Counted from the stretch's first letter, positions 6,431 to 15,259 are shown. The stretch: 64,000 bases of DNA from Hyphomicrobiales bacterium (GCA_003135415.1 PLBP01000013.1:30601-94600); one strand, 5' to 3'. Program-made: numbers and translations. Notes: generated by a model not told the origin, from the sequence alone.

Positions 6431-8525
6431 GCTTCCGCCTTATCAACCACCGTCTCCGTTCACGCCATTTCTACGGCGATTTACCGACGAGCGGGCGCGC
6501 GATCTCTCAGAGACTAGGGCGCTCTACGAAGACGTGCGCTCCGCACACTTGGCCTCGATCTGGTCGAAGGACGATGCCATAGATCGCGTCAACGGCTTCG
6601 TCGCGGATTGGGTCGGCAAAGTCGTCAGCCTCCCCGAATCGCCAACGATTCTGGAAGCCCTCGATCAATGCCAAAAAGCTGTGCTGGCCCTCGAAACGAC
6701 AATATTCACTTCGCCGAAGATCGATTGGGACATCGCTGTTCTTTCCCTTAAAGAGCAAGTCGATCTTCGCCGATTCTTGCGAGCGCAGGAGCACTTTCTA
6801 GCAAACGATAATCGTGTCAGCGAAATACTCACGACTGCGCTTGGCAACGTCTTCGGGGGGATAGTCACCGAGCTGCCCGACATCCCGGAAAGCGGCGATA
6901 ATCTCACCTTGACCGTTCCATTGGTCACGCTGATGCGCAATCCCGGCAGCACAGTGGACAAGATCATCGGCACGATCTTGACGAACGAATTGGCTGAGGT
7001 CGGCTTGTTCACGGTGCTGCAACAGCGTCTCTATGCGAACACCTGCCTTGCCTCCGGACTATCGCCCGATGATGAAAAACATCGAAAGCCATACATCACT
7101 GCAGACGAGTCAGAATTGGCGCCCATTGAATTAGTGGAGACCTACCTCAGCGGAACACCTTTGGTCGATCTGCTGCTTACGCCGGTCCCATTCCATATCC
7201 CGATGTCGGCCCGATTCCAGCATCATTGGATCGTGGCGCCACCGGGCACCGGCAAATCGACCGCCTTGCAATATCTGCTCGCCTGCGACCTCGATCTTGT
7301 GGCGAACAACGAAGCCTCGGTCGTGGTCATGGAGAGCAACCGCGATCTCATAAAGGCGGTCGAGGGTCTCAAGGTGTTCGCGCCCGGTGAGCCGCTTGAA
7401 GGCAAGCTCTTGAGTATCGACGCCGAGGATGTCGAATGGCCGATCGCGCTCAATCTCTTCGATGTCGGCTTGGAGAACATGGACTCATACGCGCCTGTCG
7501 ACCGCGAAGCCCTGCATAATGCCGTCCTATCACTCTACGACTATATATTCGGCGCCTTGCTCTCGGCCGACTTGACGAGCCGGCAAAACACGCTGTTCAA
7601 TTTCACCATCCAGTTGCTGCTTAACATCAAGTCGGCGACGCTCGATACGTTCATCGACCTCATGCAGCCCGGCGGGCTCAAACAATTTGAGCAATACCTA
7701 CCGAAGCTCGATCAAGACGGACGGCGCTTCTTCGATCTTAAGTTCAATAGCGGTCAGCTCGAACGCACCAAGGAGCAAGTCGTCGACCGGCTGTTCGCCG
7801 TGAAGCGCATTCGCACGCTGTCGCGCATGTTCTCCGCGCCCAAATCCAAGCTAGACTTCTTCAAGGAGATGGGGAGTGCAAAGGTCATTCTTATCAATGT
7901 TCCCCAGAGCCTCTTGCAAGAGGATGGCGTCGAGATTGTCGGTCGGTTCTTTATCTCCATGATCTTGCTTGCCGCGCACAAGCGGCAGCTTCTGCCGAAA
8001 GACCAGCGGCTACCATGTTTCGTTTACATCGACGAGTGCCACGACTTCATCAAACGCGATCCTAAAATCACGGTCATTCTCGATCAAGCACGCAAGTTAA
8101 ATGTCGGGCTAATCCTGGCTCACCAGCGATTGGGACAACTTCAACCTTATGTGCTTGACGCACTATATGGCGCAACCGCGATTAAGTTTGCATCCCAAGT
8201 GAGTGACGCCGCCGCGCATGCGCTCGCCCGCGACATGCGTACGACCCCCGAGTTCATTCTAAATCAGCGGCCGTACCATTTTGCGGCTTACGTGCGCGGA
8301 CTTACCGATACGGCCATATCGGTCGGAATTCCTGCAATTGATATGAATGCTGCCCCTCGCATGACAGAAGAAGAAAGGCGTTTGGTCCGGCAGGGCATCC
8401 GAGACAAATACGCCGTGCCCCTTGGCGCAGTTCAGCCGGTGGCTCCAATACAGACTCAGCATTCAGCAATGCCAATCAACACGGATAGCAATGTCGAGAC
8501 TGACGCCGCTGCGAAGGAATGGTAG
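6420..8525 (+). CDS. TrwB/TraD (type IV coupling protein)-like P-loop ATPase with a ~250-aa unknown N-terminal region
   Basis: TTG start 5 nt after GGAGGAGG. Walker A WIVAPPGTGKST, Walker B CFVYIDECHDF, then ..LILAHQRLGQL... Co-linear with the 389-aa ATPase at 18420-19589. I see no N-terminal TM helices. Confidence 0.7.
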   Translation: MSSKLPPYQPPSPFTPFLRRFTDERARDLSETRALYEDVRSAHLASIWSKDDAIDRVNGFVADWVGKVVSLPESPTILEALDQCQKAVLALETTIFTSPKIDWDIAVLSLKEQVDLRRFLRAQEHFLANDNRVSEILTTALGNVFGGIVTELPDIPESGDNLTLTVPLVTLMRNPGSTVDKIIGTILTNELAEVGLFTVLQQRLYANTCLASGLSPDDEKHRKPYITADESELAPIELVETYLSGTPLVDLLLTPVPFHIPMSARFQHHWIVAPPGTGKSTALQYLLACDLDLVANNEASVVVMESNRDLIKAVEGLKVFAPGEPLEGKLLSIDAEDVEWPIALNLFDVGLENMDSYAPVDREALHNAVLSLYDYIFGALLSADLTSRQNTLFNFTIQLLLNIKSATLDTFIDLMQPGGLKQFEQYLPKLDQDGRRFFDLKFNSGQLERTKEQVVDRLFAVKRIRTLSRMFSAPKSKLDFFKEMGSAKVILINVPQSLLQEDGVEIVGRFFISMILLAAHKRQLLPKDQRLPCFVYIDECHDFIKRDPKITVILDQARKLNVGLILAHQRLGQLQPYVLDALYGATAIKFASQVSDAAAHALARDMRTTPEFILNQRPYHFAAYVRGLTDTAISVGIPAIDMNAAPRMTEEERRLVRQGIRDKYAVPLGAVQPVAPIQTQHSAMPINTDSNVETDAAAKEW

Positions 8526-8554
8526 CGACTTTCAATGGCTGGTTATTGGTTCTG

Positions 8555-8582
8555 TAAAAAAAGAGCCCCTGAACGGGGCTCA
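8555..8582 (-). terminator. Rho-independent terminator of the leftward XRE...DUF3768 operon
   Basis: GAGCCCC-nnnnn-GGGGCUC hairpin (8563-8581) overlaps the DUF3768 stop. On the minus strand it is followed by U7 (aaaaaaa at 8556-8562 on the plus strand). Confidence 0.6.
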
Positions 8583-8903
8583 GTATTCCGCGGCGAGCAT
8601 CAACGTGAGCACGCGCGTGGTTTTTTTCGGATCGGCGGGATCATCCGATCCGTATTCGCAGCGTTCGTCGTAGTAGTCGATCTTCCAAAAGAACTTTCGA
8701 TTACACAGTTCGAAGCTGCCGAAGTCATGCTCACCGTGAGGGTCGTTGTCTTCAGAAAATGACTCAAAGTTCGCGACCTCATTGAGAGCAGCGCACTTAA
8801 CCATATCGGGAAGGGCGTCGACTCCGGCAGTCATCATCAGCTTGCCCCCGGAGAAGCTTTTGCGGAAAGCGTCATTGAGTGTTGCAATCTTGCTCGACTC
8901 CAC
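8580..8903 (-). CDS. DUF3768-family protein
   Basis: 107 aa. ..NDPHGEHDFGSFE..FFWKIDYYD..YGSDDPADPKKTTRVLTLMLAAEY matches the DUF3768 pattern seen on plasmids and ICEs. Confidence 0.75.
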   Translation of the reverse strand: MESSKIATLNDAFRKSFSGGKLMMTAGVDALPDMVKCAALNEVANFESFSEDNDPHGEHDFGSFELCNRKFFWKIDYYDERCEYGSDDPADPKKTTRVLTLMLAAEY

Positions 8904-8912
8904 GGCGGCCTC

Positions 8913-9155
8913 CTAGATCAGGCAGGCGAGAACGAGCGCCGAGGTAACGGTGTTGCCGCCGCACGCTTCGCAGTAGCCGCAGTCTTGGTCGGGCTCCAAA
9001 TCGGTCATGTGATCGCAGCCCTCTGCCATGCAGATGGCCGGGCAAACGCTATCGGTGGCTGCAAGCCGCAACAACTGATCGAGTGTCTTGAAGCTCCGCA
9101 TCTCGCAAAGCTTCATCAGCTTTGCGCCCTTATTGGAAAGAACAATGGTGGACAT
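8913..9155 (-). CDS. Small Cys-rich (putative zinc-binding) protein
   Basis: 80 aa with CPAIC..GCDH..DCGYCEACGG. Tightly packed (9 nt) upstream of the DUF3768 gene on the same strand. Confidence 0.5.
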   Translation of the reverse strand: MSTIVLSNKGAKLMKLCEMRSFKTLDQLLRLAATDSVCPAICMAEGCDHMTDLEPDQDCGYCEACGGNTVTSALVLACLI

Positions 9156-9223
9156 CTTCTCCTCCTCGCTACCGGCATCCGAACCAGTCGGGTGCCGGAT
9201 TGCGAGGCAGAGGGATCGCCCAC

Positions 9224-9748
9224 CTACGCGGCTGCCTGATTGCCGCCCGCCGCGCTGTGAAAGAATGTCAATGCGAGCGCTACCGCGTCGAACAAGCCCA
9301 TTCTGGCGTCCTCACTCATCCACGGCTTGCGGAGTGGCGGCAGGTAGCGATCGAATGCTGGAATGTTTTTGGCGATTGCCTCAGCAATGGAATGTTTATT
9401 GACGAGGCCGAACGGCTCGAAGGCTTTCCGCACTTGCGCCCGCGAGTACGCGAACACTGGGACTCCCCGGTCGTCGGCTAACTCCCCAATTCCCGCATTG
9501 AGGTCCCTCAGCCGATACGCGCGGCGTGTACCAGCGGGAGACATGTCTTGCAGGACCAGCGCGTCGGGTCGGTATCGTTGGAGCTCAGCCGCAATCCCGA
9601 CAAGACAACGCTGATTCTTATGTCGCCCGCGTATCTCTCGGACATTCCAATCAACCGGTGAAAGCGGACCCTCGAAAATGACAAACGCGAAACCGCGCGC
9701 GCTCGGATAGACCGCCATCACCAAGTCGTATCTTTTGCGGGCGTTCAT
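9224..9748 (-). CDS. Hypothetical protein (174 aa), translationally coupled to the XRE regulator
   Basis: ATGA start/stop overlap with the upstream XRE gene (9745-9748). Coding-like composition. No motif I can name with confidence. Confidence 0.55.
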   Translation of the reverse strand: MNARKRYDLVMAVYPSARGFAFVIFEGPLSPVDWNVREIRGRHKNQRCLVGIAAELQRYRPDALVLQDMSPAGTRRAYRLRDLNAGIGELADDRGVPVFAYSRAQVRKAFEPFGLVNKHSIAEAIAKNIPAFDRYLPPLRKPWMSEDARMGLFDAVALALTFFHSAAGGNQAAA

Positions 9749-10116
9749 ACCGTTCTACGGCGCGATTTCGCCCTCGCGAATACCTCTTCGAAGAAATCGA
9801 GCTTGAGACGAGTCGTCTTAGAGGGGTCGCCCTGCAGCTCGTCATACAGATCGCGCATCCGAGCGATCACGTTCTTTCTAACCTTCACATGCAGGCCCGG
9901 GAAAAGTTCTATTGGCGTAGTTCCGAATATGACTTCGAACGCATATGCAACTTTGAGACTTGGGTGCCGGCCGTGTCGCTCAAGACGAGAAATCATCGCG
10001 CCGGTTTTGCAACCCAATAGCGTAGCAAGCTCCTCTTGCGTGAGGCCCCAACGACGGCGATACGAGCGCAGATAGCAGTCGAGTTTCTTTTTCATAGGGC
10101 GTGTCAACGCGCGCAA
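9745..10116 (-). CDS. XRE-family helix-turn-helix transcriptional regulator
   Basis: ..RRRWGLTQEELATLLGCKTGAMISRLERHGRHPSL.. is a classic Cro/CI-type HTH. Confidence 0.8.
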   Translation of the reverse strand: MRALTRPMKKKLDCYLRSYRRRWGLTQEELATLLGCKTGAMISRLERHGRHPSLKVAYAFEVIFGTTPIELFPGLHVKVRKNVIARMRDLYDELQGDPSKTTRLKLDFFEEVFARAKSRRRTV

Positions 10117-10357
10117 TGGCTGGCAGACACGAGCGCCTATGTTCGCCGAAGTCAGCCAAATGCGGCAGGGGTGAAAACTTGCAAAATCGGCAAGTCGCTT
10201 ACCCCGTGCCTGTCTTCGCTCAAGTTGCCGCCTGGGATGGAATTGAGATGCCTGGGTGGATGTGGGGACATGGGGACTTGCCGGGAGGGGCAGGGCATCG
10301 ACCGGTCGCGGAAATCCGACCGCCTGACCTCACTTGAATTATCTCGCGAAAAACCCC

Positions 10358-11716
10358 CTAGGATGTCCCCGAAGTCCCCACATCCCCCGATGGAGCGGGT
10401 GAGGTAATGCCGGTGATGACGTAGACGCCGTAGCGAGCGCAGAGGCCCTCTATTTTGGCGCGTTCACTCACAGGGACAACGTAGATGCCATGACTTTTAT
10501 AGGTCCGCAGATTGAGGCGACGGCGGAGAACGCCCCCGATCCACCGGTTCGTGATAGGGCGCTCGTATTCAGCACCATAGCGCTCGATCAGGCCAACCGT
10601 CACGTCCGCTAACGGTACGAAAGCTCGTTCCGAAGTTAGCATCAGCTCGGCGAGGATTTCGAGAACCTGAGCCTCCACAAGGAGTCCGCGCTCGGCGACA
10701 AGCCCAGCCTGAATCTCGGACGCGATGGATCGCAAATCTCCGCGCAGTTTGGGGTCTCCGACGACGCTCAAGAGCGGCACCAAAATCTGATTGAGGCGCG
10801 GCTCAAGCGTGGGATCGATCAAGCTCTCATCCAGCTTCGTCTTGAACCTTCGGTGGAATCGATAGAGTAAAAGCTTATTACGCAGTTCGCGTGCTTCCTC
10901 TTTCATGGCGTCGGGGAGATTGATCGGGATGTCCGGGCGCAATTCACGTGGCCCCATTTCCTCGGTGATGAAACGACTCTCCAAGCCTTTGTCGTCGTAG
11001 CTGCTGCGAGTCGCTACAATCTTCGGGCCGAAGACCTGGAATGCCTGTGGGTTGAACTCACGTTGTCGGTTCATCATGGTGCGTAGAATTGGCATGCCGC
11101 GCACATTGCCGTTATTGAGAATCTTGACAATTTCCGCCTTCTCGTCGCTGAACCGGAAATCGGCCTCGTCCAATATAAGCGTCCCGCGAAAAGCATTGAG
11201 AGTATGGAAGATCGGCGAAACGGTGGAGGCGCCGCTGGCGAAGAATGCCTTGTAGCAGAGCGAACCGATCGTCAGCAGCGCGCGTGTCTTCCCGCTGCCG
11301 AAATCTCCGCGCAGGCGCAAATATGGAAGCTCATTGAACGCGTCATGGAGCCACGTGAGAAGAACATAGTGAGTCGCGATTTTCTCGAAGGTGGGGCTTA
11401 GATCGACGTAACGATGGATAAAATCCTGTATCTCGGCGACAAGCTTATCCTCGCTGCCGTAGATGTGTGGTTCTGAAGGCAATAGTATAGCTTCGTTGAG
11501 GATGAGGTTGTTGTCCGGTGAAAACGGGACAAGCGTTATTCCGCGACTCGTTGTGACGCGATCTTGAAGCGTCCAGCGCCCGGCGCTGAATACTGCGAAA
11601 AATGTACGCCGCCCGCCGGCATCGTACGCCAATTCGACGATCACACCGTCATCAAGGATCGCCGATGTTGTAGGGATGGCCGACTTTTTTTCAACCTCCT
11701 TCTCGTTTTCATTCAC
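10358..11716 (-). CDS. P-loop NTPase of unknown family (possible replication/helicase-like protein)
   Basis: 452 aa. Walker A RGDFGSGKTRAL, Walker B GTLILDEADF, then ..ILNNGN.. (possible sensor/motif C). The N-terminal ~130 aa are unassigned. Confidence 0.65.
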   Translation of the reverse strand: MNENEKEVEKKSAIPTTSAILDDGVIVELAYDAGGRRTFFAVFSAGRWTLQDRVTTSRGITLVPFSPDNNLILNEAILLPSEPHIYGSEDKLVAEIQDFIHRYVDLSPTFEKIATHYVLLTWLHDAFNELPYLRLRGDFGSGKTRALLTIGSLCYKAFFASGASTVSPIFHTLNAFRGTLILDEADFRFSDEKAEIVKILNNGNVRGMPILRTMMNRQREFNPQAFQVFGPKIVATRSSYDDKGLESRFITEEMGPRELRPDIPINLPDAMKEEARELRNKLLLYRFHRRFKTKLDESLIDPTLEPRLNQILVPLLSVVGDPKLRGDLRSIASEIQAGLVAERGLLVEAQVLEILAELMLTSERAFVPLADVTVGLIERYGAEYERPITNRWIGGVLRRRLNLRTYKSHGIYVVPVSERAKIEGLCARYGVYVITGITSPAPSGDVGTSGTS

Positions 11717-11824
11717 ACTTGGAGCCTATATCGCTGCTGCAAATGGCATCAGGCGTGAATTCTTGACGAAACGGAATATGCACTCGCCTCCAATAAATTC
11801 TGACCGCCAGATAAGCTCCTTGAG

Positions 11825-12040
11825 ATGGCCGATAATATCGAAAGCAATGTTCCAGGATTTATTCGGCGGGTCATGCCTAAAGCCAGCGAGTCGGAGCTGC
11901 GCGAAGCGACTGCGACGTTCGACGAGTACATGGCTGTGGTGTGGGAGATATTTCAGCGGATCAAACGCGAGGAGGAATCCAGCGATTCGCCAAAAACGGG
12001 AGTCCACGATAGAGTCGATGATATTCAACCATCTATATGA
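11825..12040 (+). CDS. Small hypothetical protein translationally coupled to the serine recombinase
   Basis: 71-aa ORF whose stop overlaps the recombinase ATG (ATGA at 12037-12040). No recognisable motif. Confidence 0.4.
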   Translation: MADNIESNVPGFIRRVMPKASESELREATATFDEYMAVVWEIFQRIKREEESSDSPKTGVHDRVDDIQPSI

Positions 12041-13590
12041 AATCGTATTTTGCGTACATTCGAGTATCAACGGTCAAACAGGGTGAACACGGCTCGTCGC
12101 TACAGGAACAGCGTGACGCCATAACTAATTTCGCTACGCGTCACGGATTTAGCATTGTGACTTGGTTTGAAGAGAGAGAGACCGCAGCGAAGATTGGCCG
12201 TCGCGAATTCTCGCGCATGGTTGCGGCGCTCAAGAAAGGAAAGGCGTCGGGCGTCATCTTTCACAAGATCGATCGAAGCGCTCGAAATTTGAAAGACTGG
12301 AGCGCTGTTCAAGACCTCTCCGATTCTGGTATCGATGTCCGATTCACACAAGAGAGCATTAATCTCGGATCAAACGAGGGAAAGCTAACCGGCGATTTTC
12401 TCGCGGTGATAGCTGCGCACTACATCCGAAATCTTCGCGAGGAGGTCCTCAAAGGCATGCGGGGCCGGTTGAAGCAGGGGCTCTTCCCATTCAGGGCTTA
12501 CACCGGCTACCTCGATCAAGGGGGCGGAAAGCCAAAAACCTTGGACCCCGAGCGAGCGCCTTACATCCGTGTGGCATTCGAACTGTACTCGACGGGAAAG
12601 TTCACGCTCAACTCCCTCTCTGATCAACTCTACGAACGAGGCTTCCGAAGCAACACCGGCAAGAAAGTCGGGGTGAACCGGATGGCCGAAATCCTTCGCA
12701 ACTCATTCTATATTGGTATTATTCGCATGAAATGTTCAGCTGAGACTTACATCGGCATTCATGAGTCGATTGTTTCAAAGAGCCTATTTAGCAGGGTCCA
12801 GGACGTGCTCGACGGAAAGCTGAGTGCTCGGCCGCTCATGCATGATTTCTTATTCCGCCGGATGCTCAAATGCACGCATTGCAAGTACAGCCTTATAGGC
12901 GAGGTCCAGAAAGGCCATGTGTATTATCGCTGTCACACGCGCACCTGTCCGACGATCTCGATTCGAGAGGAGGTGGTCGACGCAACAATTAACGGCCATT
13001 TGGTCCCTCTCGGCCTCTCCGAGGTTGAGGTCGTCGAAATGAGGGCGCGTGCCATTTCGATGCAAGCAGATACCGAAAAAAATCGTGAGGATCAGGCTCG
13101 CGCCGTGAACCTCCGCGTGGATATCGTCAGCGGGCGTATTGCGCGGCTCATGGACGTATATCTCGATGGCGCTGTTGACCGGCAGGCGTTTGAGGGGAAA
13201 AAGCTCGAACTCCACATGGAGCGAAAGGGCCTAGAGGAGCAGAGAGACCGAATTGTCCGTGGTGAACAGGTATTGGTTGACCGACTTCTCGAATACCTCG
13301 AACTTCTAGAAACCCTGCCGTTGAGCTACGCAATGGCAAATCAGATAGAAAAGCGGAAATTGATCAAAACTGTCACCTCGAACCTTAGTGGAGACGGAAA
13401 TAATCTAGGCGTTGAGCTGAAATCTCCCTTTCGAGAGCTAGCAGGTCTCACTTCTGTCCGCTTTGGTGAACCACACCGGGACAGACCTCGAACTTTGCGC
13501 GTTAAAAATATATTCGACCTCCTTGTGGAGTATTGTAAGACGCATGCCGAAGAACGCAAACGAGAGGAAGTATCTCTCATCGCGGCGTAG
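12037..13590 (+). CDS. Large serine recombinase (resolvase/invertase N-domain + recombinase domain + zinc ribbon)
   Basis: 517 aa. N-terminal YIRVSTVKQ (catalytic Ser), ..IFHKIDRSARN.., a central recombinase domain, the Cys cluster CTHCKY..YYRCHTRTC, and a coiled-coil C-terminus. Confidence 0.9.
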   Translation: MKSYFAYIRVSTVKQGEHGSSLQEQRDAITNFATRHGFSIVTWFEERETAAKIGRREFSRMVAALKKGKASGVIFHKIDRSARNLKDWSAVQDLSDSGIDVRFTQESINLGSNEGKLTGDFLAVIAAHYIRNLREEVLKGMRGRLKQGLFPFRAYTGYLDQGGGKPKTLDPERAPYIRVAFELYSTGKFTLNSLSDQLYERGFRSNTGKKVGVNRMAEILRNSFYIGIIRMKCSAETYIGIHESIVSKSLFSRVQDVLDGKLSARPLMHDFLFRRMLKCTHCKYSLIGEVQKGHVYYRCHTRTCPTISIREEVVDATINGHLVPLGLSEVEVVEMRARAISMQADTEKNREDQARAVNLRVDIVSGRIARLMDVYLDGAVDRQAFEGKKLELHMERKGLEEQRDRIVRGEQVLVDRLLEYLELLETLPLSYAMANQIEKRKLIKTVTSNLSGDGNNLGVELKSPFRELAGLTSVRFGEPHRDRPRTLRVKNIFDLLVEYCKTHAEERKREEVSLIAA

Positions 13591-13664
13591 GCGTCATAGT
13601 CAACGAGGACTGTAAAAATCGCACGAGGTGAGAACTTGCCAAAATGGCAGCGAATCTCCTGGCA

Positions 13665-14066
13665 TCACCTGAACTTGCCGAGAATCCAGTTTACAAATGC
13701 GCGCCAGCCGGTCGGCTTTTGAGCACTGAAGTATTTTTTCTTTGCAATACGATCTAAAGCTCGTCCGTAATCGATTTCGGCTTGCGACATCCGGGCGGCC
13801 CATACGACTTTGCTGCGCTTTATCCAATAGTGCGACTGACAGGGAAAGCTCCAATTTCCGATTGAAGGATAGAGGGAGACCAATTCCCCATCGAAGCTTG
13901 CCTGCCAGTCGGTAGAACTAAGCGGTGTGACAACCTTACTTCCGCATCCACAGCAGCAATTATGTGCTGCTGTAGAAAACTCCGTCGAAATATAAATCTT
14001 CCCGTTCTCTAAAGTCGAAGGGATATACTGCACACGTTCACATTTGAGTGTTGCGACTCGTGTCAT
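13665..14066 (-). CDS. DUF6527-like Cys/His-rich protein of the Ubl-E1 cassette (role unassigned: E2-like, adaptor or peptidase)
   Basis: 133 aa. ..AAHNCCCGCGSKVVTPL..DW..FDGE.VSLYPSIGNWSFPCQSHYWI.. matches my memory of the DUF6527 signature. ATGA overlap with the E1 gene stop (14063-14066). Confidence 0.7.
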   Translation of the reverse strand: MTRVATLKCERVQYIPSTLENGKIYISTEFSTAAHNCCCGCGSKVVTPLSSTDWQASFDGELVSLYPSIGNWSFPCQSHYWIKRSKVVWAARMSQAEIDYGRALDRIAKKKYFSAQKPTGWRAFVNWILGKFR

Positions 14067-15259
14067 GACTTATCTTCGTTGAGAAGATGGTTTCCGTCGA
14101 TCGTATAGGCGCTAAAATGTTCGTGCTCTAGATCGGAATAGAAGCCGAAGAGTTTCTTCCATTTAACCACGGCGAGAGCGGCATTGAGCGCGTTGAGATC
14201 GGCGATCTGAATGTTCGTTGCGTATTCGTTTTTGGCGGCGGGATCAGAAAAAGGAATTCTATTGCTCAGGTGATCGTGCTTGGCCGGAGTGACGGTAGTA
14301 ACACGCAGTATGCCGCCAAGACTGTTATCCGCCCGTAGTTCCGCGCCCATTCCGACGTCAATGAATGGAATTTTGAGTTCCAGCAGCTTTTCAACGATGT
14401 GTCGTTTGTCCGCGCCCCTGTCGAGACAGAGGAACACGAAATCCATGCCCTTCAAAAGATCGAGATTCGAGGTCTCAAGGTAGCTTTCGACGGGCATAAT
14501 GTTCCGCCGCATTTTGGAGTACAGGTCTGCGAAATAGCGCACCTTGAAAGGAGGGGTGCGAATCTCGTTGCCTGAAGCCGCGCCCGGCGATCTAAACGCA
14601 TTGTGCTGAACAAACTTATCTCCGTCGAAAAGGTGTATCTCCTTTACGAGCGTCTTCGCCACAAGGTCGAGCACGTATGATCCGGTTCCGCCAAGGCCCA
14701 CGATAGCGATTTTGCTCAATGCCAGCTTCTCGCTGGCAGCGCCAATGCCGGCACGACTGGATGCCGTATCGAGATACAAGAAGACAGATTCTTCCTCTGA
14801 AGTTTCAATTAGAGGATGGGTACGCGCCGTTACATTGGGATCAATCACCCGGGCGTGGCCCTCCAATATCTCCACGTAGGCCGTCATCTTCTCGTGATAA
14901 TTTTTATACGCTCTCTGCTGACCATCGGCCGTGAGCTTGCGCGAGAAGGAGAAGTCGATCTTCAGACCTTGGCCTAAATCTTCTACCGCAGTGCTGTTAA
15001 CCAGCTCACCGAGCTTCGATCCATCACTCCGACAGGGGTGCGATCCGATGAATCGCACGGTGTGATCAGTAGGTACGATCGTTACATCATCGGCAAGCTC
15101 AAGCTTGGAGACCAACGTTCCCGTCTGAACAGTCTTAGCTTCGTCGACGTATGGAACGTCCCTAATAAGGAGATGGACGGACGGATGAATTTCTACCTTG
15201 TAACCTTCATCCCTCAGCTGTTTCAGATCGCCGCTACGACTTATCAGTCTGTGTGACAT
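14063..15259 (-). CDS. ThiF/E1-like adenylyltransferase with a ~175-aa N-terminal extension
   Basis: 398 aa. Rossmann motif IAIVGLGGTGSYVLD and the E1/ThiF nucleotide motif LFDGDKFVQHNAFR. The N-terminal domain (..EIHPSVHLLIRDVPYV..) is not a standard MoeB/ThiF feature. I see no CxxC zinc motifs. Confidence 0.85.
   Translation of the reverse strand: MSHRLISRSGDLKQLRDEGYKVEIHPSVHLLIRDVPYVDEAKTVQTGTLVSKLELADDVTIVPTDHTVRFIGSHPCRSDGSKLGELVNSTAVEDLGQGLKIDFSFSRKLTADGQQRAYKNYHEKMTAYVEILEGHARVIDPNVTARTHPLIETSEEESVFLYLDTASSRAGIGAASEKLALSKIAIVGLGGTGSYVLDLVAKTLVKEIHLFDGDKFVQHNAFRSPGAASGNEIRTPPFKVRYFADLYSKMRRNIMPVESYLETSNLDLLKGMDFVFLCLDRGADKRHIVEKLLELKIPFIDVGMGAELRADNSLGGILRVTTVTPAKHDHLSNRIPFSDPAAKNEYATNIQIADLNALNAALAVVKWKKLFGFYSDLEHEHFSAYTIDGNHLLNEDKS

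Noticed and set aside
9224-9748. Possible RuvC-like/RNase H-fold resolvase call for the 174-aa protein
   Set aside because: The N-terminal strand (LVMAVYPSARGFAFV) lacks the catalytic Asp expected in RuvC-like enzymes. The resemblance is too weak to report as a function.
13665-14066. Calling the DUF6527-like protein specifically the E2 (or the E3, or the deubiquitinase) of the cassette
   Set aside because: I cannot recall with certainty which role has been assigned to this family. The E1 N-terminal extension might itself be E2-like. The role is left open and flagged for structure and HMM analysis.
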